64,000 nucleotides of DNA, taken from the NCBI GenBank assembly GCA_963806225.1, contig CAWDXG010000004.1:2848001-2912000 (forward strand). Direction: 5' to 3'. Position 1 is the stretch's first letter. Every line of letters starts with the position of its first letter. The translations under genes and the position numbers were made by a program. This document shows, piece by piece, positions 41,773 through 51,320 of this stretch. Below the pieces are notes generated by a model. The model did not search any database. It was not told the DNA's origin and worked only from the letters and a program-made list of their open reading frames with translations. Source of the DNA: an uncultured delta proteobacterium (lineage in GTDB: Bacteria; Myxococcota_A; Polyangia; Polyangiales; Polyangiaceae).

Positions 41773-44340
41773 TCACGGTCCAGGTCGAGAAGAAGTCGCT
41801 GCCGCGGGACCGGATGCGTCCGCCGTCGGAGGCTCGCCGCCATCCGCTTCCGCGGCGGAGCTGTTCTGGGCCGTGAAGACGCCGTCGCCGTCCACGTCGA
41901 CAAACACGGGGTTGGTGAACGCGAAGGGCAGCCTGCGCATGCCGGGCAATACCTCATCCATGGGGCGGTCGCCGCGCACGACCGCCAGGACGAAGGCATC
42001 CCGCGGCAGGGAAAGCTCGCCGGACCAGTCGATGCGGGTCACTCCGCCGCCCTTGGCGAGGGGTACATCGGCTGCGTGCTCGCCGTTGACGATGATCCCG
42101 GCGCGGCTCACGTCGATCCACGAGGCGGCGCGGACGCGGAGGCCCACCCGCACCTTGCCGTCGCTCGCCTCCACCTGCGAGCCCGGGCCGGCGCCCTGGA
42201 CGCGGAGCTCGACGAAGGGGCCGGTCGTCACCATGGCCCGATGGGCGCGCAGCGCATCGGCGACGGCACCGGGTGTCACGTCGGCGGGGCGGTCGTCGTC
42301 GAGCTCCACGTAGGTGCGTGGATAGCCGGCCCATTGGTAGACGAGCTTGTGCGAGTCGGAATTGCCGACACCGGTGTAGACGAGCCCGAGGTTCATGAGC
42401 GCGTACCAGTCGCGGAGGTTGTGCTCGACGACCTGCAGGCGTGACCGCGCAAAGCCGTTGAAGATCTCGATCGAGTCGAAGTCGAAGGAGAAGCCCGCAC
42501 GCCCGGCCTTGCCGTTCGTCGGATCCAGCTTTCCGAGCGTGAAGTACGCGATGTCGCGGTCGAGCCGCGGGTGATTGACCTGGATGATGGCGCGCGGTGC
42601 GCGCGTCCGCACGCTCTGGAAAATGTGATCAGGCGTGATGTCGGCATACGGCGGCGGGTCGCCGAGCGGATACGGGAAGGCGTTGAAGTGTCCCCAGCTC
42701 GCCGTGGTGATCTCCACGCCCTCGGTGAAGCCGAAGTGCGGACGTGCGTGCAACGCGGTGACCGCGGGGCCATAGTCGGTAACGTGGTTGTGGTCCGTGG
42801 CCACCGCGAACTCGATACCTTCGGCCATGAGGGCGATCACGCGATCGTGCAACGGCACGTCCGAGTCGGCGCTGGGTGCGGCGTGCACGTGGAAATCGGA
42901 CGGGAGCCAGCGTGGTGTCTCCACCTCGTGCCGGAGCGTCGCGCGTAGCGTGGCGCCGGAAAGCTCCGTCACGTCGATCTTGCTTTCGGCGAGTGAATAC
43001 TCGATGCCATGGGTGAACAGCACGCGGTAACGCCCCGGTGGGAGCTCGAGCTCGCCACGTCCGTCGGGCGTGTAGGCGACCATGCCGGCGCCGGACGCGA
43101 GCTGGGGCGGGCCGAAGGACGGGTCGGACGTGGGCGGCAGGCCGCGGACCACGATGCGCGCGGGCAGCGGTGCGTTCTGGGTGTCGGTGACGCGATAGGT
43201 CAGCGTACGTGCCTTCGGCACGATCATGCGCGGCTCGGCGGGCGGCGCCCCGGCGAGGACGTGGACCGGCTCGGTGTCCGTACCGCCCGGCGCGCGCAGT
43301 ACGAGGCGGTAGTCGCCAGCTGGCAGCGCAAGCGAGAAACGCCCGTCATGCCGGGCTTCCACCAGGAGCATGGAGCGTCCCTGCGCGTCGAGCGCCTCCA
43401 GCGTGGCCCAACGTGGCACTGGATCGAGCCGCCCAGCGATGTGCCCGATGCGCCGCCCGGCTACGGACCACGCCACCTCCGCTGCCTGCGAGACGCCGCC
43501 CGGCACCACGATAAAACGGCGGCGGTGCACGAGCTTTTCGCCGGGGGCGAGATCTCTGGACCGGGATAGCGCCGTCTCCTCGTCCGGTCCGTGCAGGCCG
43601 ACGCCGAAGTGAAGATCAAGCGGTCCGTCGGGCGATGCCAGCGCGTAGGAGAGCTTGTGACCGCGCCGCGCGAACCAGGGCGCGCGCACGTCGGCTGCCT
43701 GGTCCATGTAGCCGGGGCCCGGCACGAATGGCGGTCGCCCCGGCCAGTGCGAGCGGTCTCCGACGGCCACGGCGCGAAGAGGCTTCTTGCCGCGGTTCAC
43801 CACGCTGGTCTCGAGATCGACCCAGGGTTGGCCTGACGCAACCGAGACGCGCGTCCGCACATCGAGTGCCGGACGGTCGCTGTGCTGAACGATGCGGAGC
43901 GCCGGACGTCCGTCGTGCTCGATCGCTTCGACGCGTCGGACGGCGAGCGGGACCGGCCGGTCGCCGGCGCGCGCGACGATCTCCAGCGCACCGAGATCGT
44001 CGTCCGGAAAACGGCGGGTGGTCAGGTCGAGGAGCTTGCCGGCGAGCAGCCGCCGCTCGGCGCTCGCATGGCCGTCTACGCCAACGACCAGCCGCACGCG
44101 GTTCGACTCCAGCAGGAAATCCCCCGGCCGCCCCTGGACGCGCGGCGCGAAGGGCAGCTCCCGCCGCCCGAGCTCGTGCAGCCGGACGCCGCCCTTGCTC
44201 ACGTCGAGTGGGCCACGCGGCGCGCGTCCTGGGCAGGCCGCAACCGCTAGCACGAGCAGCGACGACAACGCGATCACTTGGACGGGGTAGCGTCGCGCCA
44301 ACCGCACCAGCGCTCCCCCCGGTCGCCCTCGCTCGTTCAT
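41773..44340 (-). CDS. Exported PHP-fold metallohydrolase (CehA/McbA-like) with N-terminal beta-sandwich domains
   Basis: Metal motifs DFHVH, TDHN, GVEIT, GHFN, NHP and GNSDSH, preceded by a signal/lipoprotein N-terminus. Confidence 0.85.
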   Translation of the reverse strand: MNERGRPGGALVRLARRYPVQVIALSSLLVLAVAACPGRAPRGPLDVSKGGVRLHELGRRELPFAPRVQGRPGDFLLESNRVRLVVGVDGHASAERRLLAGKLLDLTTRRFPDDDLGALEIVARAGDRPVPLAVRRVEAIEHDGRPALRIVQHSDRPALDVRTRVSVASGQPWVDLETSVVNRGKKPLRAVAVGDRSHWPGRPPFVPGPGYMDQAADVRAPWFARRGHKLSYALASPDGPLDLHFGVGLHGPDEETALSRSRDLAPGEKLVHRRRFIVVPGGVSQAAEVAWSVAGRRIGHIAGRLDPVPRWATLEALDAQGRSMLLVEARHDGRFSLALPAGDYRLVLRAPGGTDTEPVHVLAGAPPAEPRMIVPKARTLTYRVTDTQNAPLPARIVVRGLPPTSDPSFGPPQLASGAGMVAYTPDGRGELELPPGRYRVLFTHGIEYSLAESKIDVTELSGATLRATLRHEVETPRWLPSDFHVHAAPSADSDVPLHDRVIALMAEGIEFAVATDHNHVTDYGPAVTALHARPHFGFTEGVEITTASWGHFNAFPYPLGDPPPYADITPDHIFQSVRTRAPRAIIQVNHPRLDRDIAYFTLGKLDPTNGKAGRAGFSFDFDSIEIFNGFARSRLQVVEHNLRDWYALMNLGLVYTGVGNSDSHKLVYQWAGYPRTYVELDDDRPADVTPGAVADALRAHRAMVTTGPFVELRVQGAGPGSQVEASDGKVRVGLRVRAASWIDVSRAGIIVNGEHAADVPLAKGGGVTRIDWSGELSLPRDAFVLAVVRGDRPMDEVLPGMRRLPFAFTNPVFVDVDGDGVFTAQNSSAAEADGGEPPTADASGPAAATSSRPGP

Positions 44341-44587
44341 TTCGTCGAAGCGTAGTCCAACAAGCCCGGATCCGCCCGCGGCGCGTCACCGACTCGCGCT
44401 CGCCGGACATTTCGGGCTACCCGGTGGTCGGAGGTGGGGTGTTCCTGTTGCACGTCGCAGGCGGGGTGGAGCCGCCGCCGGTGCCGGGGAACGCAGCACC
44501 ATTGACTGCATGGTCCTGATGGAGCGACGTTGACCGGTGGGAAGGGGCTTTATTGTGGCACGACGACTGACGACCTGGGTTTGTGGA

Positions 44588-45020
44588 TGGACGTTGCCGT
44601 TGCCGCGCTAGCGCTCGCGGCCGGGTGCAGCGGCAACGTGAACAGGATCAGGCTCTTGTTGGATGGGGGCGGAGCAGGGGGCAGCGGCGGAACGGGAAGC
44701 GGCGTCAGCCCCATCAGTCAACAGGCCGTCGACAAGGTCGACATGCTTTTCATGGTCGACAACTCCATCTCCATGGCGGACAAGCAGCAGATCCTGACGA
44801 GCGCAGTTCCGCAGCTCGTCGATCGGCCAACGGCGCGCAGGTGAAGGGGGACTTCGTGAACGAGGTCACGGCCGCCGGCGAGCGGGGCTGCGGCTTCGAG
44901 TCGTCGCTCGAGGCGTGGTACCGCTTCCTGGTGGATCCGGCGCCGCCGGCGAACGTCAAGGTCACGAACAACGTCTCGGCGCCCGACGGCGTCGACCAGG
45001 AAGTGCTGACCGAGCGCAAG
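44588..45020 (+). pseudogene. Decayed myxobacterial vWA-like lipoprotein fragments
   Basis: AAGC lipobox, Gly linker and KVDMLFMVDNSISMADKQ, then in another frame GERGCGFESSLEAWYRFLVDP. Large internal and C-terminal parts are missing. Confidence 0.6.
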
Positions 45021-45069
45021 TCTGGAGCGTTGGGTCGCTCCATCGAGGCTCTCTCGAGCCGTTCCGCCG

Positions 45070-45522
45070 TCACTTCCAGCCGTCGAACTTCATCTCGAGC
45101 TTCAGCGCAGCCAGCGACTGGTTGACCTCCAGGAGGAACGCCACGAGCGACACCGTCAGCGCGATCATGCTCAGAATGAACAGCATACCGATCACCACGG
45201 CGAGCTCGAGGTCGAACAGAGCCGCGCAGAAGATCGTGACGATGAGCAGCACGTCGCAAAGAGCGCTCGAGGCGATCATGATGATGGCGATGCGGATCGC
45301 GCGCGCTCGTCGCGACAGGATCGAAAGCTGGGTGATGATGCCCGCGCGCGACGCGTCATGTGCGTTCAGCAACTCGTCGCCGAGCAGCCTCGAGCGATCG
45401 ATGACGCGGCCGAAGCGGTTGGTCATGGTGAGCAAGAGCAGCCCCACGCCCGAAATAAGGATTACGGGGCCGATCGCGGTCTGCAACACCGGGATCAGCG
45501 TCTGTACCGTCGCGTTTCGCAT
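45070..45522 (-). CDS. DUF2721-family membrane protein
   Basis: LQTAIGPVILISGVGLLLLTMTNRFGRVIDRSR...RRA..IR.AI...FLLEV pattern with three TM segments. Confidence 0.8.
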   Translation of the reverse strand: MRNATVQTLIPVLQTAIGPVILISGVGLLLLTMTNRFGRVIDRSRLLGDELLNAHDASRAGIITQLSILSRRARAIRIAIIMIASSALCDVLLIVTIFCAALFDLELAVVIGMLFILSMIALTVSLVAFLLEVNQSLAALKLEMKFDGWK

Positions 45523-46199
45523 CGGTTCCGGTACTGTAAGGCGGTTCTTGCACCACGGCAGGGCGGCGCAGCGGCGTGCACCGCGGCCCAGCTCGCCGCC
45601 TGGCGCGCGTCACCTGCTATTCGGCCGCTGCCGGCGTGATGCGCGGCGGATCGTCGGCGAGTGAAACGTGCGCTGACGAGTTCGAGCAGTCCAAGGACAG
45701 GAGATCAGACTACATTCCGGCACGGAACCTCCGGGTCCGGACCGCGGCTTCTCGCTCCACGCCGCCACCACCGCCAGCGCCGGCGACGGCCGCCACCCGG
45801 CCGCTCACCTGCGTGGGGCCCCCGGCCAGGCGTGAGCTTGCTCACCGAGCCTTGGAGCTTCGAGGGAGCACCCGCCACAGGACGAGGCAAACGACCACAC
45901 ATACGGCCGCCGCAAAGCCCGCCTTGGGTAGGGGGCGCCACGACACAATCCGGGAAACCAGACCTGCGGCAAACAATCCGCCGATCGCGATCACAACGCT
46001 CCGGACCTTGGAATCCAACTCCGCTCCCTATGCCTGGAGAATAGCGCGGAGGAGGGCCAGCACAATCCCCCGACCGCGTCCCCGCGAGTGGCCGACGCCG
46101 TAGCACAGCCCAGCAAAGACGCCGAGGTGCCTGCGTTCTGCGCTCGGACGACTGCTCGACGTTGTCGATGTCCCAATGCCAGGGCAATCCGGATTGTTA

Positions 46200-46450
46200 C
46201 TGGGATTCCGATCCCACTCACTGCTACGACAGCACCAACATTACCGTTGAGCGTGCCCCGGTTGACCCAGTAGACGCTGGTGGAGTCGACGGCGAGGGTC
46301 GTGGGCTGGGCCTGCGCGGTTGCGAGTTGGTTGCCCGGTCCCCCGCTGCGTGGGACTTCCTGCACGACGCCGTCGCCCGCACCGCTCTGGTCGTCCAGCC
46401 AGTAGACGCTGGTGGCGTCGGTAGCGATCTGCTCTGGCTTCTGACAGGCT
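46200..46450 (-). pseudogene. Fragment of a beta-propeller repeat protein
   Basis: Two blades (IATDATSVYW and LAVDSTSVYW) with no start or signal context. Confidence 0.45.
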
Positions 46451-46523
46451 GGTGGAAGGGCGTAGCGACCGCGCAACGCTTGGCTCGCGGTCGTCGTGGC
46501 GATACTCTCGGAGGCGAGGCTCG

Positions 46524-47933
46524 ATGGGATTGTCTGCGCATCGACGACGGCTGTCGACGCTGGCGGCGACTGCTCTGCTTTCCGGCATGACGGCGTGCGG
46601 GAGCGGGGGTTCATCGAAGACCCCGGCCTCGGGAGGAAGCAGCGGCGATGCCGGGCAGGCAGGAAGCGGCGGCAGCTCCGGTCAGGGGGGGAACGGCGGC
46701 CAGGCGGGGAGCGATGCCGGCGGGAGCGGCGGAACGGGCGGCGGCTGCACAGCCGCGGGCCCGGTGACCTACACCTACGCCCTGGGCGCGCCGCTCGACG
46801 GCCACACGGTGATTTTCCAGAACGCCGACGGAAGCGTCGCATCTTCAGCCACGACCGACGCCGCCGGAAAGGCGACCGGCACGCTGCCGTGTGACGGGCT
46901 CGTCACGTTGGCGCTGGGCGATACGCTGCTCTGGACGCTGGAAGCGGAACCCGGCGACGACATCGTGCTGAAGGACTCTCCGGCAGACCTCACGGGCGTC
47001 GGCGACATGAAGCTCGACGTGGCGCAGGGTTTCCCAGGCGCCGCGATGTACACCGTCGGCTGCGCCGGTCCCGCCACGGATCTGCCGGACCTCACCGTCA
47101 ATCCGCAGTTCCCGATCCGCAAGGTCTGCCTGAACCCGGCCGGGAAGTTCCACGAGCTCGCTGTGGCGGTCGACGCGACCTATCATCCACTGGCCTTCTC
47201 GTTCGTGAAGGACATCACGCCAGCAGCAGCGCCGGCTCTCACGACGGTGACTCTGCCCATCCCGTGGCGGACCGACTTGGCGACACTGGAAGCGGACCTT
47301 TCCGGCCTGCCGCCGGCCATGACCGGCATGAGCGTCACCGCGCGGCCTTGGCTGGACGGTCTCACCTACTTCCCGAGCACGACGAACGCCGTCGTGAAGA
47401 ACGGCGCGGGCAGCGCGACGGCGAAGTATCCGCCTGACTTCGGCTCGATGCTCCAGTACACGGTGATCACCGGCAACCTGCAGAGCGAGGTCCGCCTGCA
47501 TCGACGCGTGGCCACCCCTCCGGCAACGCTGTCGCTCACGGGAACCGACTTCCCGCCGGCCTTGTCCAACGCCACGCTCGACAAGAGCGATCCGGCCCGA
47601 CCGGTTGCCAGCTGGCAGGGCGACACCTCCGCGGCGGACGGCGTCACGGTCTTTCTGACCTACCAGGTCGGAACTACCACGGTGTCGTGGAACGCCGCGG
47701 TCCGCCCAGGAGACAGCTCGTTCCGCTTCCCTGAGCTACCGGCATCCATCTCCGCCCCGGCGCCGTCGGCGGCGGCGATCTTCAGCGAGCTGGACGCTTC
47801 CACGCTCGAATCGAGCACGATTGCCGGCTTCGCCGATTTCCGCCAGAACCACTTCATCTTCGCGTCGAGCTATTACGTGCTGCCGAAGCTCGCCGACGTG
47901 GCGGCATCGATGACGCGAACCTCTTCGCCATAG
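46524..47933 (+). CDS. Gly-rich lipoprotein, hypothetical
   Basis: GGAGG RBS and ATG at 46524. Lipobox MTAC, Gly linker and a beta-rich body. Confidence 0.8.
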   Translation: MGLSAHRRRLSTLAATALLSGMTACGSGGSSKTPASGGSSGDAGQAGSGGSSGQGGNGGQAGSDAGGSGGTGGGCTAAGPVTYTYALGAPLDGHTVIFQNADGSVASSATTDAAGKATGTLPCDGLVTLALGDTLLWTLEAEPGDDIVLKDSPADLTGVGDMKLDVAQGFPGAAMYTVGCAGPATDLPDLTVNPQFPIRKVCLNPAGKFHELAVAVDATYHPLAFSFVKDITPAAAPALTTVTLPIPWRTDLATLEADLSGLPPAMTGMSVTARPWLDGLTYFPSTTNAVVKNGAGSATAKYPPDFGSMLQYTVITGNLQSEVRLHRRVATPPATLSLTGTDFPPALSNATLDKSDPARPVASWQGDTSAADGVTVFLTYQVGTTTVSWNAAVRPGDSSFRFPELPASISAPAPSAAAIFSELDASTLESSTIAGFADFRQNHFIFASSYYVLPKLADVAASMTRTSSP

Positions 47934-48188
47934 CCGCCCCTGCTCGCATCGCGGCGCTGGCTTCCCGACGAACCGCCTTCCATAGTGCATGCGGTGGGAG
48001 CTGCGATCGCCATATGGTCGCTGCTTCCGCGAAGTCGTCCGGGTTGTTCGCCGGCCATATTGAAGGGCCCGCGCTGCGCTCGAACGCGCTACCCTTCCGG
48101 ACGGGGGCTGGATTGCCTACGTTTCGAGCACGCACGGCGCACAACCCCAGGCTTGCGGGTGCGACGAGGGCGCCAGGAGCGTGACCGA

Positions 48189-48884
48189 TTGGAACACGAC
48201 GAACACACGGCGGTGCCAGGCGGGTTGGCTCATGACCAGCCCGAGACCGTGAAGGCCCTAAAACCCTATCTTCATGCCCGTCACTACAAAGCCGGTCAGG
48301 TTCTGTGGACCGAGGGCGAGGTCTCGGGCCGGATGGTGTTGCTGGTGCGCGGAAGGGTGAAGGTGGTGCGGGTGTTGTCCGACGGCTCGTCGGTCCTGCT
48401 CTACGTGTTTTCGGCGGGCGACGTGTTCGGCTTTCTTCCGTTTGTCGACGGCGGGCCGTATCCGGCGACGGCGATCGCCGTGGATGAGGTCGACGCGCGC
48501 GTCATGTCCCGCTCCGAGCTGCGCGAGGCGATTCATCGGGACCCCCAGGTGGCCATGGTGCTGCTCGGGGCGCTGGGCAAGCGACTGCGCCAGGCCTTCG
48601 GCCGTGTGGGGGACCAGGCGCAGCGCAGCTCGCTGGCGCGTGTGGCGGCGGCGCTGTCGCTGTTGCTTGCCGAAGGGGGAAGCTCGAACCCCGCCACAAT
48701 CATCGACGTTCCGTCACCGATTCACGACTTTGCCGCTGATGTCGGGATGACCCCCGAGACCTTCTCTCGAGCCGTCACCCAGCTGGTCGAGTCGGGGGTG
48801 CTGCAACGGCTCGCCGTTCCGCAGCTGCAGGTGCTGGATGCGAAACGCCTGCGCCAGATTGCCTCGGGACAGAGCGACAAGTAG
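48189..48884 (+). CDS. Crp/Fnr-family transcriptional regulator (Dnr/HcpR-like, no Cys)
   Basis: TTG at 48189 after AGGAG. cNMP-binding fold (GRVKV, GDVFG, YPATA) and an HTH with the ETFSR recognition helix. Confidence 0.88.
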   Translation: MEHDEHTAVPGGLAHDQPETVKALKPYLHARHYKAGQVLWTEGEVSGRMVLLVRGRVKVVRVLSDGSSVLLYVFSAGDVFGFLPFVDGGPYPATAIAVDEVDARVMSRSELREAIHRDPQVAMVLLGALGKRLRQAFGRVGDQAQRSSLARVAAALSLLLAEGGSSNPATIIDVPSPIHDFAADVGMTPETFSRAVTQLVESGVLQRLAVPQLQVLDAKRLRQIASGQSDK

Positions 48885-48909
48885 GCGAACGCGAGCAAAA
48901 CGTCGTGTA

Positions 48910-48924
48910 TTGATCCCGGATCAA
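48910..48924. promoter_or_regulatory. FNR/Dnr-type box TTGAT-N5-ATCAA upstream of the fmdE operon
   Basis: TTGATCCCGGATCAA has perfect half-sites. The spacer is one base longer than the canonical N4, at a C-run. Confidence 0.6.
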
Positions 48925-49009
48925 GGACTTGAGCCCCGGTGTCCTTACCCTGTGATCGTGACCGCCGACGAATGGCGGAAACGAGAACGCGAACCAAAGG
49001 ATGCACGGC

Positions 49010-49642
49010 ATGATCGATCCGAAGGACTACCTGGCGGCGGGGCAGCAGCTCCACGGCCACAAATGCCCGGCGATGCCGCTGGGACTCAGGGCGGGCGCAG
49101 CCGCCATGAACAAGTTGGGGGTGGAGCGGGCCAAGGACGGCCAGCTCGTGGCCCTGCTGGAGCTTGGCGAGGGGCACTGCGCCCACTGTTTCGCCGACGG
49201 CATCCAGATGATCACCGGCTGCACCTTCGGCAAGGGCAACATCCAGCAGCTCGGCTACGGGAAGTTCGGGTTGACCCTGGTGGACCGGGCGACAGGGCGG
49301 GCGGTGCGAGTCGTTCCCAGAGCCGAGGTGCAGGGGGCGACGAAGCAGACGCCGTTCTTCAAGGAGTACCGCGAGAAGGGCATACCGGCGTCGCAGGTGC
49401 CCCCCGAGGTGGTCGAGCCGCTCATCGAGCAGGTGATGGAAGCTCCGGACGAGAAGATCCTCGCGATCGGCGACATCGAGACCCGGGAGCTGCCCAGGCG
49501 GGTGGAGGCGTTCGACTCCTTCGTCTGCGAGGAGTGCGGCGACATGGTCGTCGAGAAGTACGGTCGGGTCGTCGGCGATCGCAGGCTGTGCATCCCCTGC
49601 CAGCAGGGGCTTCTCGAGCAGAATAGCGCGCGCGCCCGGTGA
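49010..49642 (+). CDS. FmdE-family protein with a C-terminal C4 zinc finger
   Basis: HGHKCP..PLG.R, CFADGIQMITGCTFGKGN and CEECGD...CIPC. Confidence 0.9.
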   Translation: MIDPKDYLAAGQQLHGHKCPAMPLGLRAGAAAMNKLGVERAKDGQLVALLELGEGHCAHCFADGIQMITGCTFGKGNIQQLGYGKFGLTLVDRATGRAVRVVPRAEVQGATKQTPFFKEYREKGIPASQVPPEVVEPLIEQVMEAPDEKILAIGDIETRELPRRVEAFDSFVCEECGDMVVEKYGRVVGDRRLCIPCQQGLLEQNSARAR

Positions 49643-49666
49643 TCGCGCAATAGCTGGCATCTGCCG

Positions 49667-50449
49667 ATGTGGCTCCTTCTGGCCGTCTGCATGTTCGCCG
49701 TCGCCCTGGTCTTCTCCATGCTGGGCCAGGGCGGAGGGGCGCTGTACACGCCGCTCCAGGTGTGGCTGGGAATCGACTTCCACGAGGCAGCTACCACGAG
49801 CCTGTTCCTCATCATGGTGACGTCGGTCGCGGCGTCGCTCGTGTTCCACAAGGCCAGGCGAATCGACTGGCCGCTGGCGCTGGTGCTCGAGTCGGTGACG
49901 GCCGCGGGCGGGTTCGTGGGCGGGCTGGGGTCGGGCCGCTTCTCGGGCGCGGCGCTGTCGCTCTTGTTCGCAGCGGTGATCGGCACCGCGTCGATCTTCA
50001 TGATCCGACCGATGAAACAGCGCGTTTCGGAGCGACGCGGCGGCCCGCTTTCCTGGAGACGAAAGCTGGGCGATCAGACCTATTCGGTGAACCTGGCGCT
50101 CGCCCTGCCCTTCTCGTTGCTCGCCGGCGCGCTCAGCGGAATGGTGGGCGTGGGCGGCGGCCTGATCAAGGTGCCGGTGATGGTGCTGATGCTGGGCATC
50201 CCGATGGACATCGCCGTCGGCTCGAGCGCGCTGATGGTCGGCCTGACGGCGGGCGGCGGCTTTGCCGGCCACCTTCTGCACGGCCACTGGAGCTGGGAGC
50301 TGTCGCTGGTTCTCGCGGTGGCCGTGTTCGTCGGCGGCCAGATCGGCAGCCGCCTCACCGTGAAGGTGGACAAGGCCAAGCTCAAGACGGGGTTCGGTTG
50401 GTTCCTGGTCGTCATCGCCGCAACCATGGCGTTCAAGGCGCTCGGGTAG
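49667..50449 (+). CDS. TauE/SafE (TSUP, DUF81) membrane transporter
   Basis: About eight TM segments, with SMLGQGGG and GMVGVGGG...VP...AVGSS repeats. Confidence 0.9.
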   Translation: MWLLLAVCMFAVALVFSMLGQGGGALYTPLQVWLGIDFHEAATTSLFLIMVTSVAASLVFHKARRIDWPLALVLESVTAAGGFVGGLGSGRFSGAALSLLFAAVIGTASIFMIRPMKQRVSERRGGPLSWRRKLGDQTYSVNLALALPFSLLAGALSGMVGVGGGLIKVPVMVLMLGIPMDIAVGSSALMVGLTAGGGFAGHLLHGHWSWELSLVLAVAVFVGGQIGSRLTVKVDKAKLKTGFGWFLVVIAATMAFKALG

Positions 50450-50470
50450 CGCCGTAGCGGAGCGCGATCG

Positions 50471-51214
50471 ATGAAGCGGATGCGCAAGCTGCGCGGGGGC
50501 CCGGGCCGCCCGATGCGTTGGCTGTTGGGCGTCCTGTGGGTGGCAGCGGTCGCGTTTTCACCTGCAGCCGCCCGCGCGCAGGAGGCGAGGCTCTACCTGC
50601 GGGGCGACGCCACGGTCTACCGCCTCGAGCGGGCGCCCTGGAAGCTGTCGCTCGGGCCGTTCCTCAAGAACGAGAGCCGGTTCCGCGAGCAGGGCCTGGT
50701 GCTGGAGAAGGTTTCCGTCGGGATGAAGGCGCAGCTCGTGCCGTGGCTTTCCGCCCAGGCGTACTACGCGCACAAGGACGTATTCAGCGCCCGGCATGCG
50801 CAGAAGCACATGGCCGTGGGCGATATCATCGTGGCGGCGAGCCCGGGCGCCTTTCGCTTGGCCGACCGGAGCGGGAATGAATGGCACGCAACCGATGGCT
50901 TCTACCGCTACCGCAATGACTTCGAGGTGCTGTGGCGCACCCCGGCGCATTGGCTGGCCGTCTGGGGCTCGGAGGAGCTCCGCGTGGATTCGGACCAGGA
51001 GCGAGTCAACCAGAACGATGTCGCGCTCGGCGTGCAGATTGCCCCGACTCGCGGCATGAGCCTCCGCCCCTTCTACGACATCGAGCACCTGCGCCGCGGC
51101 AAGCCCGGTTGGGTGAGGACGTGGTACGTGGGCCTTTCGGTTGTGTTTCGTGTCGGGAGCGACACCTCGGCGCTGTGCGTGGGGCTCCCGGCCGGGCTCC
51201 GTCCACGCGACTGA
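50471..51214 (+). CDS. Exported beta-barrel protein (DUF2490-like)
   Basis: Signal peptide ending ARA-Q, alternating amphipathic strands, and E.RF and RYRN motifs. The start may be the later Met (MRWLLG). Confidence 0.55.
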   Translation: MKRMRKLRGGPGRPMRWLLGVLWVAAVAFSPAAARAQEARLYLRGDATVYRLERAPWKLSLGPFLKNESRFREQGLVLEKVSVGMKAQLVPWLSAQAYYAHKDVFSARHAQKHMAVGDIIVAASPGAFRLADRSGNEWHATDGFYRYRNDFEVLWRTPAHWLAVWGSEELRVDSDQERVNQNDVALGVQIAPTRGMSLRPFYDIEHLRRGKPGWVRTWYVGLSVVFRVGSDTSALCVGLPAGLRPRD

Positions 51215-51228
51215 TCGATCGCTAGCGC

Positions 51229-51242
51229 ATGACATCCGTCAT
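51229..51242. promoter_or_regulatory. Crp/Fnr-like palindrome ATGAC-N4-GTCAT upstream of korA
   Basis: ATGACATCCGTCAT lies in the intergenic gap 51215-51320. Confidence 0.4.
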
Positions 51243-51320
51243 CCGGCTGTCCACGACCGTCAGTGAAATGTCCGGCGTCACGCGACAGCGGGCTTCACAG
51301 GATTATGCTCCGCCGGGAAC

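Noticed and set aside
48189..48884. Calling the regulator CooA or FNR
   Set aside because: It has no FNR Cys ligands, and ETFSR does not match the CooA recognition helix.
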